NCBI GenBank assembly: GCA_035084275.1
Contig: CM068758.1
Location: 10,664,001-10,728,000 of the forward strand
Source: Hydrolagus colliei
Lineage: Eukaryota
Length of the DNA: 64,000 nt
Reading direction: 5' to 3'
Made by a program: the position numbers and the translations under genes. Position 1 is the stretch's first letter. Each line of letters begins with the position of its first letter. Below, piece after piece: positions 50,656 through 63,692 of this stretch. The notes under the pieces are model-generated. The model saw only the letters and a program-made list of their open reading frames with translations, searched no databases and was not told the origin of the DNA.

Positions 50656-51810
50656 CTTTCCTCTCTAAATAGATGTTGCCTTACCTGCTGAGTGTTCCAA
50701 GGGACTTCTATTTATATTTCAGATTTTCAGCATTTGCGCCATTTTGTGTTTTTACAATAACTATGTGATGAAGGAAAGCCTTGCGCTGATCCCTGAAGAC
50801 AAATCGATTTGTGCGTTAAAACAACCTTCACTTTGTCAGTATTCGATTATGGCAATAGCCTTAAATGGTAACAGTTAAGGTCGTGTTTTGCCACGAATTT
50901 AAACATATATGGTCTGAAGTGAGTGATTTAGCATGTTGAGAGGGTGTTTGGAAATGGAACTTGAATAATTGTTACTTTCTCTGGCATCAACGAAACCCAC
51001 AAAAAGCATCAAAGATTCCTGTGGTCATTCCTGTATCTGCATTTATATTTTGTGCTCCTTTCCTAGTTAGAATGAGGTTTTTTCCTGTTTTAGTTTGTTT
51101 GAAACGACTGATTACTTTTCATTTGTGAGAGAGGAACTTAATCCCCTGGCTGCTGAAAGATTTCAGTTTTCATCTAAATAATAATAATACTTGCATTTGA
51201 TATAGTGCCTTGTAACGTCTCAATGGGTCACAAATCCATTCATCTTTAAAAACATCCTAAGGCAAGTGCTACCAGAAAGAGTAAAAAGAATCCAAATCTA
51301 TATTTACTCACTGTGCACGTTGTTGCACATTCAGACTGCGATGAAAAAATGCCTTTGCAATCCTCCAAAGATAAAGGTGAAATGTGAGTTTTTCCGTGAA
51401 TCAGAAGCCCTGGGAACATTTGAATCTACCTGACTGTGAGATAGAATGTACTCCAGGGATTAATGTTTGGGTTCTTCTTTTTCTCTCAAGGGCTCAGCTT
51501 TAGAGAATCTAAAACTTGTGTGTTGGCAAAGCTGAAAATGCATATAAATCCAGCAGCTCTCAAGTTAACAGCACGTATCATCTTCAGTCACCTCACTGGA
51601 GAATATGGATCACTAATTCACCACTTGACCATCTGGGATTATGCTTAAAGTGCCTACAGCCATGTGCTGTACCAGCTCAGAAGCAACTGAAAATTGAGCT
51701 TGGCACTAGTTAAGGAATACAGACGCATTCCACAAATAGATTGCTTGTAGACCATATTTCCCCCTTGTAGCTTGACATTAATTCTTCAAGGGGTATTGAA
51801 GAGCCTGGCA

Positions 51811-51870
51811 CTATTCAGTTTGTGGCCATTTCTACCACAACTATTCAGTTTGTGACCATTTCCACCACAA
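51811..51870. repeat. 30-bp tandem duplication
   Basis: ctattcagtttgtggccatttctaccacaa / ctattcagtttgtgaccatttccaccacaa (2 mismatches). Confidence 0.85.
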
Positions 51871-52119
51871 GTGAAGGGAAATACTCCCATCAGGATTACC
51901 ACCATCTGCTAGTACTAGTGATAAGATGTGGAAAGCGCTATATCAAATGCAAGGATTATTATTCTATAAGTGTGAACCATTTTGTCCCTTCATTGCCTCC
52001 TTTGAACTATTTGGGGGAAATGCACAGAACCATGGAATGCCCCATGTATGATTTGGATAAAAAGAATTTCAAACTTAGACTTTACTAAGTGCAAAATATT
52101 TTTGATTCTCCTTCAATTT

Positions 52120-52430
52120 GGAGTCCTGTAGCTCAGTGGTTAGAGGACTCACCTTACAAGCGGGAGACCTGGGTTCAATTCCAGGCAGGGCAAAACCTTG
52201 GGCAAGTTTCCTTAATCCACACGCTTAATAATAATCCCTCAAAAAAAAAGCAATGATAAATTGGTAATTTCAATCTGCGACTGTTTTGTGAGACACTGCT
52301 GTCCGCAATTGGCTGCCGGGTTTCACCCACAAACATACAGTCAATTCACTTTACAGTATATTTCGCGAAGTGCTTTGAGACGTCTAGAAGACGTGAAAAA
52401 CGCTATGTAAAATGCAAGTGATATTATTAT
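52120..52430 (+). mobile_element. tRNA-derived SINE, full length (clearest + strand copy)
   Basis: GGAGTCCTGTAGCTCAGTGGTTAGAG..GGGTTCAATTCC (A and B boxes), cttgggcaagtttcctta, Deu-like core, gagacgtctagaagacgtgaaaaacgctat tail. Confidence 0.92.
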
Positions 52431-52830
52431 CATTTGTTGAAAAAGCCATGTAAAGTTGATATGCTTGACAGTCACCCATGGCAGTACATGTTGGGCATCA
52501 GGGAGGTTCTCTCAGTATTGTACATTTTATACATCTCTCGTATCGTCATGAAAACTTCTTAAATCCTGTTAACGAGGTGGTCACACAAATAAATCTAAGC
52601 GTTGGATTTTATACTAAAAAAAAGTTATAGAAAGAAAGTTGAAGTTAAATTTCCCTGATGTATTTCGGAAATCGATGTGGCACTCATTCAGTTTTTAAAG
52701 TGTGTTGTTAAATAAATGGTGCTGCAGTTAGCAGATTGAGAATGACTCATTTGTACTTTTAGAATGTGTCAAAGTTGTCCATTGTGCTAATTTAGTGACA
52801 TTCTGTGGCATGGTTTTGTTTACTGTGCAT

Positions 52831-53165
52831 CAACAACCACAAAAACAACAACTTCGATTTATATAGCGCCCTCCACGCCGGACGGCGTCTCAGAGCGCTT
52901 CACAATAGTGGATCCCGGGACCGAGCCAGGGGCAGGGGCAGAAAAGTGACCAAAGCCGCGGTCGAAGAGAAAGGTTTTCAGCTGGAACCTGAAACTGCGA
53001 AGAGAGGGGGCGAGGCGAAGGCAGTGAGGAAGTGCACAGCAGTGTCCCACAAACAGACGTGGAAGTGGGGTCAGGGGAGAAAGGGGGGAAAGAGGCCAAG
53101 GGGAGGGGTCGGGGTAGAGGGGAAGGAGAGCAGGAAAACCGACAGTACATTTGTGGGTGAAATAT
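52831..53165 (-). mobile_element. L2 (subfamily B) 3' end fused to a permuted SINE-core/C-rich module
   Basis: The - strand reads cccacaaatgtactgtcggttttcctgctctc-[C-rich]-ccacgtctgtttgtgggacactgctgtgcac, then LPHCLRLAPSLRSFRFQLKTFLFDRGF and the L2 tail. Confidence 0.75.
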
Positions 53166-53437
53166 TGCGTGGCTTCAGCCCCTGTTGTGATGGTGTCAAA
53201 CAAATCTTGTGGCTGATTTAGGCACAAATTTCACTTATCATGTGTTTTAGTTCAACATTAGTGCTTAAAATTTGGTAATTATTGCCATAAACTGATATTA
53301 TCAAAACTCTATTCCCACCCTAACAATTACAGTTTAGCTAAACATCTGATTTGCATATAAATTGGTATGGCCTGCTAAAATACTAATTTTACCTTATTGT
53401 ATGCATGAATTGTTATTGAGCCTGGCAAGGGGAGACA

Positions 53438-53710
53438 GAATCATGGAATCTTGCAGGACAGAAGGGGGCCATTCGAACTATCGTGGCTGTGCTAGCTCTT
53501 TGACAGCGCCATCAAACTAGTTCCACTTTCTCACTCTTAGCCCACGGCCCTGCAAATCTTTCCTTTTTGAGTGCGTATCCAATTCTATTTAGAAAGCTAC
53601 CGTTGAATCTGTTTCTACCACCCTTTCAAGCAGTGCATTCCAGATCATAACAGCTCTCTGGGTAAAAAAAATTCTACTCATCTCCTTCTGGTTCTTTTGC
53701 TAATGATTCC
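53438..53710 (-). mobile_element. CR1 3' end
   Basis: agaatcatggaatc..ggccattcg..gctagctctttga..gcagtgcattccagatcataacagctctctgggtaaaaaaa. Confidence 0.75.
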
Positions 53711-53825
53711 TATACGTGTTCTTACGTTGTCTATGCCGCGGTTTGATCCTCCGATTCACCGGCACAAAACAACAACTATCCGGTCACCTATGATATTTGG
53801 CAGAGATACATGATGTTTAGCTTTG

Positions 53826-54192
53826 ATAATAATGATAATAATCCTTATATTTGATATAGCGCCTTTTCATATCTTCGAGATGTCTCAGAGTGCTTCACAG
53901 GATGTACTACAAAGAAAACTGACTGTATATTTTGTGGGGGAAATGCGGCAGCCAATTGCATAAGCAGTCATGGATTGAGCGATCAAATTATTTTTTATTA
54001 TTTTTAAGGGATTATTAACCCCTGGGAAAGCGATCCGCCAATCGACCAACAACTGCAATCCTACTTACTGTTAGATAAACAGAGGTGTGCCGAGTTAAGG
54101 AAATTTGCCCAACGTTTTGCCCTACCCGGGAATCAGATCCAGGTCCTCTCGCTTGCGAGGCAGGTACTCTAACTACTAGGCTACAGGACTCC
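53826..54192 (-). mobile_element. tRNA-derived SINE, full length (long subfamily)
   Basis: Head ggagtcctgtagcctagtagttagag; middle cacacctctgtttatctaacagtaagtagg..gtcgattggcggatcgctttcccaggggttaataatccc; core; tail. Confidence 0.87.
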
Positions 54193-56043
54193 ATTGATGC
54201 CCCTCAGTTAGTTAAATTACCTGCCAACCCTCTTGTTTCCAGGCTGTCAAATGAATAATGATCTGTTGGGTTAGGTGCAGAAACACTGCCACTGCCCATT
54301 GAGACTGTTTCTCGGTGTAAGTCACAAGATTCAGTAGAGGGAAAGGAGCAAAGATTCTATTTATCTTGGTCATTCTCAATCTCCGGGTCCTTTTATATAT
54401 GGAAATATAATATTACTAATTCATGCGAAAAGAAATCTAATGAATAAATGTAACATTTTATAAATCACGCTGTCTCCACCAGCCTTGGAGAATACTTTAT
54501 TGGCAGGATGATGTGACCTCATACCTTGTAATGAAACTGCCAAGCTAACCACTGCTCACTCAACAGCTCTAAATGTGAAGCTTTTATTAAACATTCCTTG
54601 TCGCATGAAATCTGACGAGTATTGCAATGGCTCCTTGACTCGTGTCTGATATTGTGGACGTTTATGTGTTTGTTTAACGATGAACAAAAATAAGAAACTC
54701 TTTGAGTGTCCCAATATGTGCAGCACTAAGCTATTCAGACTAGAATGTTGTAAATCCAATCCTGGCGTCTGTTGACTTACTGATCTCATTCAATGTTGCA
54801 TCTCGGGAATTTAGTCAGTCCCTGAGGGCAAGCCATTGTTTCTGGTGCTGATTGCTATCTAGGTGCCCTTGCTGGAACAGGGGTGGATTTGGTGAGAAAA
54901 TATAATAATAATAATAATAATAAAAATTCTTGCATTTGATTTAGCGCCTTTTCATGTCTTCAAGATGTATGCCCAACTCACAGTTTCCAATTTCTTATCA
55001 ACTGTAACAGCCAGCCCAAGATCCTTCAGATAGGTAACATGAAGCTTCATGTACTGTGTTTGCATTATGAAGTACAGTACTTGCCCTCTCTACAATGAAG
55101 CCTTCATCATTCTCTATAATAATAATCCTTGCATTTGATATAGGGCTTTATCACATCCTTGAGATGTGTCAAAGCATTTCGACTTTATATTTTGTGATCG
55201 ACGGGCGACCGCAAAATGCGCACCGCAGTGTCCCACAAACAGTCGTGGATTGAGTGACCAGATTGTTTTTTTGAAGCCCTATTAACCTCGGAAAGCAAAT
55301 CCACCAGTCAACTGACTTCCTATTTGCTGCTAAGTAAACAGGGGCGCATGAAGTAAAGAGAAAAGGTTTGAGCTGTGGTTCCCTCCTCGGCTAACATTTG
55401 CTGTCCAGTGACAAACAGAAAGAATGGTGATTTGGGCAGGTTACCGAAAGACTGTCAGTGGTTGAGAAACGGCAGCCTAGCACGTTCAAGAGATGAGAAA
55501 ACTGTGTGTGTTGGGGGAAGGGGGGAAGATAAAAAGAAAAATCCATCCTTGATGATTTATAATGAAATTACTTGCTAAACAGTGCTATTTGTTTGACTTT
55601 GCAAGTTCATGTGGTACCAGGCAAGTTTGTTTCATCAATTTGGAGAATAATTGTTCTACTTTTGATGGTCCACATTAACTGCTGGCTTGGAGACTAAGCA
55701 GTCGAGCTCACCCAGACATCTGGCCGTTGGTGTTGGACGAAGGCCCAGAGTGACTCACTGCGCAATGCTTTCCATCTTTATTACAGGGAACATGACAGAT
55801 TTCTAATTTACCAAGTAAGGAATTGTGAACAACACCCTAGTGTTGTGTATAGTATCGTCGCGAAGTTTATGAAACCAATCAGATTAGCCAGACATAAACA
55901 AAATGTTAGAAATCCACAGCAGGGAAAAATGGCTTGATGTTTAATATATGAATGGTGATGTGGCACGCCTGTAATGATAATTTTCTAGCTACAGCTTCCC
56001 CAAATTTCTTTTTTTTAATCAATTATCCGGCATTTGCAGTCAT

Positions 56044-56337
56044 GGAGTCCTGTAGCTCAGTGGTTAGAGCACTCGTCTCGCAAGCGAGAGACCTTGGTTC
56101 AATTCCCGGCAGGGCTAAATCTTGGGCAAGTTTCCTTACTACACACTGATAATAATCCCTCAAAGAAAATTGTTCATTTCAATCAACGACTGTTTGTGGG
56201 ACACTGCTGTGTGGAATTGGCTGCCGCATTTCACCCACAAATATACAGTCAGTTCACTTTACAGCATATTCTGGTAAACAGTTTGAATCATCTAGAAGAC
56301 ATGAAAGCAGTGAATCAAATACAAGGATTTTTTTATT
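56044..56337 (+). mobile_element. tRNA-derived SINE, full length (short subfamily)
   Basis: ggagtcctgtagctcagtggttagagcactcg..ggttcaattcc..core..tail. Confidence 0.9.
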
Positions 56338-58211
56338 TCAATGGAATAAATGACCCTTTATGTTGTTGCAGGACAAAGAAGGCTATGGTATTAGTGTTGT
56401 AAGTCTTACCTTGAGGAACTGATCCATAGTAGGAAAAATGTGTGACGCATTTGTTTCTGGGAAGCTTCAACAAAGCTGTAGTACTTGTGCCTCCATTTTT
56501 GCTGCAAATGATCTTTCAATGAAGTTGTCAAGCCAAGACACCTGACTGAGAGTTGTTGAAAAGATTGCGCAAGTCCTCGAAAAGACATCCTAACCTGTAT
56601 GTTCCTATTGCAGAAAACCTCTTTGCCTTATTTTTTTTTAAAAATTGGCATTGTGATTGATTCATTCTAAGGAGACCAATGAGATGGCTCAATTTCCTGC
56701 TGTTAGTGGCAGGTTATTTTGTCATTCAGTACAGAACTGACAATGTGTAAAATTATTCTCCAGGGATTTCCTGGCTTATCATTTCTGGCAAGGAAGTGTT
56801 AGCTACATAGAAGCCTCGGAATAGATTGAAAAAAAACTTCTTTATACAATCAATTTATTGCTTCTCTCACTACAAAATTGGGAGTAGCATGAATAAATCC
56901 AAAAGGGCAGCTTCGAGGGGCACAATTTTATTATTGCGCTACATTATCCTGTACTATTAAATACCATAATTTGTGTGTTCCGCTTACTGAAATAGATTCC
57001 TCATCGATACGAGCTGGGAATCCTAAAATTAGCCCCAAATGTGGAAGGTGAAACGGCTTGACTTTATTTAAATGAAGTGTGACTAAATCACATCAAACAT
57101 ATAAAAAGGGCACCTTGCAATTTCAAATGGTCACCACATTTTTCATGATTTGTACAAGCCATATGTCTTTGCAGTCCACTCTCTTAAGCTTCTGGCTATG
57201 TGGCAAACAGAGGTCTGGCAGACAGGATGATTAAAAACTGCTACATCGAATACACAGGCTTTCAAATGCTTTTACTTCCATGAAGGAAAATGAGAAAGCG
57301 ACACTACTATAGCACAACATTCAACCAACTTTCCTTTCCCGAGAGAGGGGCTGGGGGTGGTTGGCTGAGAAACCGACCGTACCGGATAGTAAAATTGGCG
57401 CTGAGCCGCAAAGATAGAAAATGCAAACCCAGGCGACAAATATTTGTGTTGTCCAAACAACTCCACATGTGCAAACTCATACGCGCATAATTGTTTGCTT
57501 ATTGTTGTTGTTGACCTGCAATCCACAGTTGTAAACAGCACTGGAGGCTCCAGCATTCCCCAGCCACTGCTCACTAACGTTAATGGACCATAAGTGCAAT
57601 CACATTATCAATGACCGTCATCATGACTCGTTACTTACAGGAATACTGTTGACCCTCCGTGTACGCCACAAAAACACTCCGGTTAATACAGACTATTAAA
57701 GCCGCAATATTGCCACGTCAATTTGGGAGCGTCCGTTGTGGAATAATAGGCTCGATATAATTCAGTCAAGCATAGCGCACCGCTATTTAGTTTAGGATTT
57801 TGATACAAGTGGCCAATTTTTGACTTGTAAATTTGTCCTTATCAATAAAACATGTGATGGTTAACATTGAGGCATACAATCTTCATACCCATCTGAGAAT
57901 ACGAATGACACTTCCATTTGAATAAAGGCGTTGCTGAGGGAGAGGGTATTTATTAATAGGATTTAGCAACAATATTGATGCCTAATAAATATTTAGCCAT
58001 TAACAGACTATTCTCAATTGGTCTATATTTTGAACGTATTGTTTTAATACAAATTAAAAACCCAAAGAGAGTCCCAAGTCAGGATCCAAAATAAATATAC
58101 GTCGAAATTTGCTCTTATCATCCAAATCCATCCTATTTTCTGTACCTGTGATTAAGTTTTGTGGATTTGATTGAAGAAAAGTAACAAAAATTAAGTCCTT
58201 TACAGTTTTTG

Positions 58212-58329
58212 TGATTATTATCAGGCATGTGGAATAAGCAAATTTATCTGAGGTTCACCCTGCTGGGAATCAAACACGGGTCTCTCGCTTGCAAGACGAG
58301 TGTTCTAACAACGGAGCTACAGGTCTCCC
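58212..58329 (-). mobile_element. SINE 5' head fragment
   Basis: tRNA-like head and gcttattccacatgcctgataataatc on the - strand. Confidence 0.7.
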
Positions 58330-60000
58330 ATGATCTTCCAATGTCGTTGGGGCCTGAACAAGGACTGAAGGGTCAGCAGTATTCGTTAATTATACTGTAA
58401 TCAGCCGTTAATTAGCTGTCAACCTGATAGATCATTACTGGACGCGTGTAATTTTGAGTGGCATTGGGGAGAGCGCATCTCAAACTCAACATGTTCAATG
58501 GCAGCATAATAAGCAAGGAAGCTTGTCCCTGCATTTTACTTACAGATTGATGTAGTCATTAACCCCTGTTGAAGTGCATTGATTTTTACCTTGTAGCATA
58601 ACCTATGATCGGAGAATGTATCATTCACTCATTGTTTACATGGGCAGGTCTAATCAATCTGGATTAAGTTTCAAAGCCAATGCTGACCTTCCATTGATTT
58701 TTTTTCCCTTTGTCTCCTACTTTCTCACCATCCAATGTTGCAATCAGTCAGAATGCACCACGACTTCCGCAGGATCAGTTCAAATTCTAGAATTTCTTGT
58801 GTACTTCTAGCAGTTCTTATTGTTTGGGACGTGTGTGTGCAAACAACTGCCAGGATGGTGGAAGGCAAACTGGATGGGCCTTGGTCTTCTTTCATCTAGC
58901 AATTCTTAAGTTCTTATGTTCAAAAGTTAGCAGAGACACACTGTTGATTTCTACTCAATCTCTAATTTATTTTTCTCCTAAATTCCATTTGCTCATCAGT
59001 ATGCTCTTCAACTGTGTTCATTCTGCAAATGTTTTACAAAATAGCTATTGTTGCCCTTCACAAGCATGAAATCTAAATGTAATGTCACCTGGTAAAGTTT
59101 AATTAGCTGCATTTTCAGTTGCTGTCTGATCAAAGTTATTCTGCGGCATGAATTGTCGGCTAAAATTAGTAAACTGGAATATAGTCGCGGGCAAAATGGA
59201 TTGTTTTCTTTGAATTCAGCATTTGGAAAATTGTCACATAATCCTATTTCACCACAAGATAGGGCAGCTAATTACTCATCTACACAGAATCTATCTGGTT
59301 TTATTTAATGTTGTCACCGCTGTGGAACTTTCAGACTTGCTTTTTGCAGAGACAGCCCTTAAGCTTTTGTCACTTGTTAGTTATGATTCTGTCCTCTCAG
59401 GTGCAATAAACACCGCTTCACTCATGTTCCCATCAAACAGAAGGCAACTGATTATACTAAATCTGCAGAAAATCCATAGTGCAAAGCAAGAACCCTTAAC
59501 TGAATATTTTTTAAAAAGTGATTGAAAACAGACAGCGTTCTCTAGGAAAACAGAATAATAGCGAGCGCAGTTCTGAATATTTTAATGAAATAAAAATATT
59601 AATGCTTTGCTTTTAGGATGTTCGTTTCACAAGAATGTATTTTTGATAAGATTTAAATGAAATGTATGAAATGGTTTACATAGAAAGCTCAGCATGTAAA
59701 ATGCATACATCACCATTATGGCATGAAGACTGTTTGGTATCCATATTGAAAATGTTGCCATGAAGAGTGCAGATAGTGGTGGTTAAGAATGATTCTCTGG
59801 AGTGAAGGGACTGGCCCTTTGCATCAAACAAAATATGTGCGTATGATTAAGCTGGGCTCAATGAACAGAGGCCAGTTGCTTCCACAGAAAAAGTGACCAG
59901 TTGTTGCTTTCATGCTCTTCCTGGTGGCTCTGTAACCCTGAGTAGTGTGATCCAAGCAAATTACCAGTCTATCCGAAAGCAAGAGAACGCACATATTGGT

Positions 60001-60139
60001 TAATAGTAATAATAATATTCTTGCATTTGATAGAGCGTGTGAAGTAAGGAAACTTGCCCAAGGTTTCGCCCACCCTGGAATCAAACCCAGATCTCTCGCT
60101 TGTAAGGCGAGTGCTCTAACCACTGAACTACAGGACTCC
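60001..60139 (-). mobile_element. Minimal SINE (tRNA head joined to the extreme 3' tail)
   Basis: Intact head joined at cacacgctctatcaaatgcaag(aat)n; the core and stem-loop are deleted. Confidence 0.8.
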
Positions 60140-63100
60140 ATAGATGTGGAAAGAGAAAAGCATTTGTCGAAATGTTTCAAGCTGACTTTCAAAATGAAAA
60201 AATTATGTGTAATTTTATTTAATACTGTTTTCAGTACTGCATAATCATTCATTTAGTCTTCGTAAGTACAGTCACTGTACTTTTTCAAATACATGCATTG
60301 CTATGATTATTTCTTCTTTTCTAACATGAGTTTCTCACTGCTGAAGTGTTGTGTTTGGAGCTGGGTCTGGCATTTTGAACTCCAGCATACACACAATAGG
60401 TACAACTCCTTTGAGGTTACAGAATATTGCACCTGAATAAACCAATCTGGATGTAGAAGAATAGCACTGTGCCCCTGGTCTAAAATAGCTATTTCACTAA
60501 TATACTCAATCTGTGCTGATGTGAGGAATTCAGTAGAATATGTAGTGATACATGTGCAACGCTGATAGTGTTGGTGATAGTGTTAACCAAATTCGACAGA
60601 ACGGACCCTGGTAGATAAGAGAATATATTACTGTTTAAATTTGTATTGAAAATGATTAAGTCCTGTCTTGAAATACTGGATAACTCCACTATTTCCTGCA
60701 ACACTATGAAACTGCTGGACGTGAAGGTGAACCGAGTTATATAACCTTCCTGCAGTGTTCGTCAATTTGATTCGGTTTGCTGAGATTCTCAGCTTATTTT
60801 TTTTCCCCAAATCCTGCTTTCTTTCCAAACACAGTGCATAGAAAATGCAAATGTCTCCTAAAACATTCAGTAGATGAATGTGCAATGAGATAGAGAGCAA
60901 GAGGACAAAACAGAAAACACAAAAGAAAGTTAAGTAGAAGATGACTGGACGTATGGAAAATTAATGCAGAGGAGAAGGCTGTTTGTAATGGTGGTTTGAG
61001 CGCTCAGAGACGCAGCCCGGAGTGGAGGGTGCAATAACAACAAGAAAATTATATGTATAGAGTAAGTGCATATATAATTGCAAGTTGCTGTTATGTTTAA
61101 GGGATTTATTACTCCAGAGAACAATCTGCTGATTCACTAACAACTGGGTTCCTACTAACTGTTAGGTAAACAGTGGCGTGTGCAGTAAGAAAACATGCCG
61201 AAGGTTTTGACACTGCCCAGGAACAAATTGTTGTTGTCTTTATCCACTGAAGCTAACCATATTAATATAATAATCCTTGCGTTTGATATGGTGTCTTTTC
61301 ATGTCATTAAGATGTCTCAAAGTACTTCACAGAATTTACTGTAAAGTGAATTGACCATGCTTATATTAATCTACTCTTTTCCTGGCCCTTTTATTTGCTT
61401 CCTCTTCAAATGTTTGTCCAATTCCCCTTTAACGTTATCATCTCAGCCTCCATAGCATTTATTTTAATAACTCCATGTGTGAAAAGTTTCTTCTCACACT
61501 TTGCCTCCCTTTTTCAATAACATGTCTAAATTTCTGCTCCTCTTAACTTTTCCAGTGACAATCCTGAGAGAATAATCTCTTCCGAATGATTTGCCAATAC
61601 TAGAGCCTTGTTTATCCGCCTCTGTTCCAGTACAGACAGATCCAATATTTTGAGTGTATTCTCCTAACTCTTACCCCTCATGTTCCACGTGAGACATGCT
61701 CTTTTTGCTCATTCATTTTCTTGTGTGAATTTGTAGTTCACCGAGTCTTGGATCAGACTTCAGCTGTGCGCAGTAACAGAAAGGAGACTTTCTGTAAAAG
61801 TAATGCTGTTCACAGAAGCAGTGATGAATGTTTGTGGCAGAAACCAAAACTTTTTAATGCTGCTGAATGCTTTCTCATCCAAATGTCATCCAATGTTCAT
61901 CTTAGTCTGCTCGAGTTCATGTTCTAAAAATATGAATATTTGAATACAGTTTGAATATTTTCTTTTCTGTTTCTCACTGTAAAACAATAAGTGTGCATGG
62001 GGGAGTAGTCATGGGGGACAAAGTTTATTACTGTGAAAAAACATGTTACTGTAATTAGAATTTCCCTTCTAATTCTTTTGTTGATGTAAGAACCTTGAGT
62101 AACCTTGTTGCTCGGCAAAACACTACTTGGCAAAACACTACTTGTGCACTCAGAAGGTTAGATTGTTATAAAGTGAATTATTTTAATCAGCTTCTGGAAC
62201 AGCTCATCATTAATTTCTATTATAATCGTACAGACTTCTCCTCAGATAACTCTCCTCTATCTAGCCCCAGCAGCGCTGCGGAGCAAAGGGAGCACTGAGA
62301 CTCTGAGTGAATGCAGAGTGTTCCTGGTCCCATGATAGCGGTGACAGTGTGACCTGGTATCCCAGCAACAGAAAATCTTGTCAATGTGTACAGTGTTCAG
62401 TCAGATGAAGGAAAGTTCCATGCATACACTGCAAAGGTACACGATTGTTTGGAAGATGTTGCTCAGGATGCGCACTGTGACGGTTTTATTGCCAAGACTT
62501 ACTGTAGAAGGTTAGAAATTAATTGATTAATAGAACATGTAAGCCTGACTGTGAATTTAAGTGAAGAGGGACTGTGATACACGCAGCTCAATTATCCGTA
62601 CATTTAAACCATTTGGACCGAAAGGGTTTTAGTTTTTCGTACGATAACCTTCTCAAGAACAAGTAAAGGGATTCTATAGTGGGATTTGTATTTTCTCAAT
62701 TGAAAATAATTTTGTCTTTTTATCCATTGTGACTGGAATGTTTTCAATTCATTGTGGCATTTGTCTGAAATAAATGTCTGAAACAAATACATTACAAATT
62801 TACATTTCTATGGTGCCTTTCACATTGGGAGGACATCTCAAAGCATATACTACCACAATGACTATTTCCCCGAAACTGATTTTGTTGGCTGTTAAAATCC
62901 AGGTTCCACACCACCCCCTACCCTCCCTCCCCCCACCCCTGCTAGTGCACATTTGCTGTTGGGTCAGAAGGTTGTGAGACTTTGAGCGTTCAACACTGGG
63001 GGAGCATCGCATCGTGTTCGTATCTACCTTAAGATTAAACTAAGATCCCGTCTGCCTGTTCAGGTGGACTTTAGAGATGCAATGACATTATAAAAAAAGA

Positions 63101-63661
63101 GAAGGATAATTTCTGGTGTCCTGGGAAACAATGCTCGTCATTTATGTGGCGATTTGTAGACATTGCCTTGAGCAAATTGGCTGCCATGTTTCAATACCAA
63201 AAATTAGTAATAACTATGGATTATTACAACATTGTTTTATGCTGTGAGTCGAGTTTGGTGTTCCTCTGTGTGCTGTTCGGACAGTATTAACTGGATCAAT
63301 AATACAACTCCCACTGTCATGAAAGCTGTTGTCAAAATTGTGTTTAACACTTGGAGTTTGGTGAAATATTAAAACCCGTAACAAATCAGATTGCTAGAAG
63401 ATTAATATCTGGATCAAGCCCAGTAAGATGAAACAACAAAACCAATCTCTGGATGGAGAATACATTGTAAATGGCTGACCTTGCTTAGGGAATGACAGCC
63501 ATTGCCCAACTTGTTTTCTGGTGAAAAGGAACTGTTAACTCTCCAGTAAAATGGGCCCGGATGTTTCTCTTGAGAAAATATCAAATTGGAGAAAATCCTC
63601 ACCGTCCATTTCAAAGAGGAGTAGTCTTAGTTGTCTTAGAAGGAGTTTGCCACTCGTGATC

Positions 63662-63692
63662 GTGTGTGTGTGTGTGTGTCTGTGTGTGTGTG
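63662..63692. repeat. (GT)n microsatellite
   Basis: gtgtgt... with one interruption; another (GT)n lies at ~14058-14076. Confidence 0.9.

Noticed and set aside
52120-52195. tRNA-like sequences with A/B boxes (also 56044, 21460-21532, 60065-60139)
   Set aside because: These are SINE heads: they continue into the SINE body, anticodon loops vary between copies, and the acceptor stem is imperfect.
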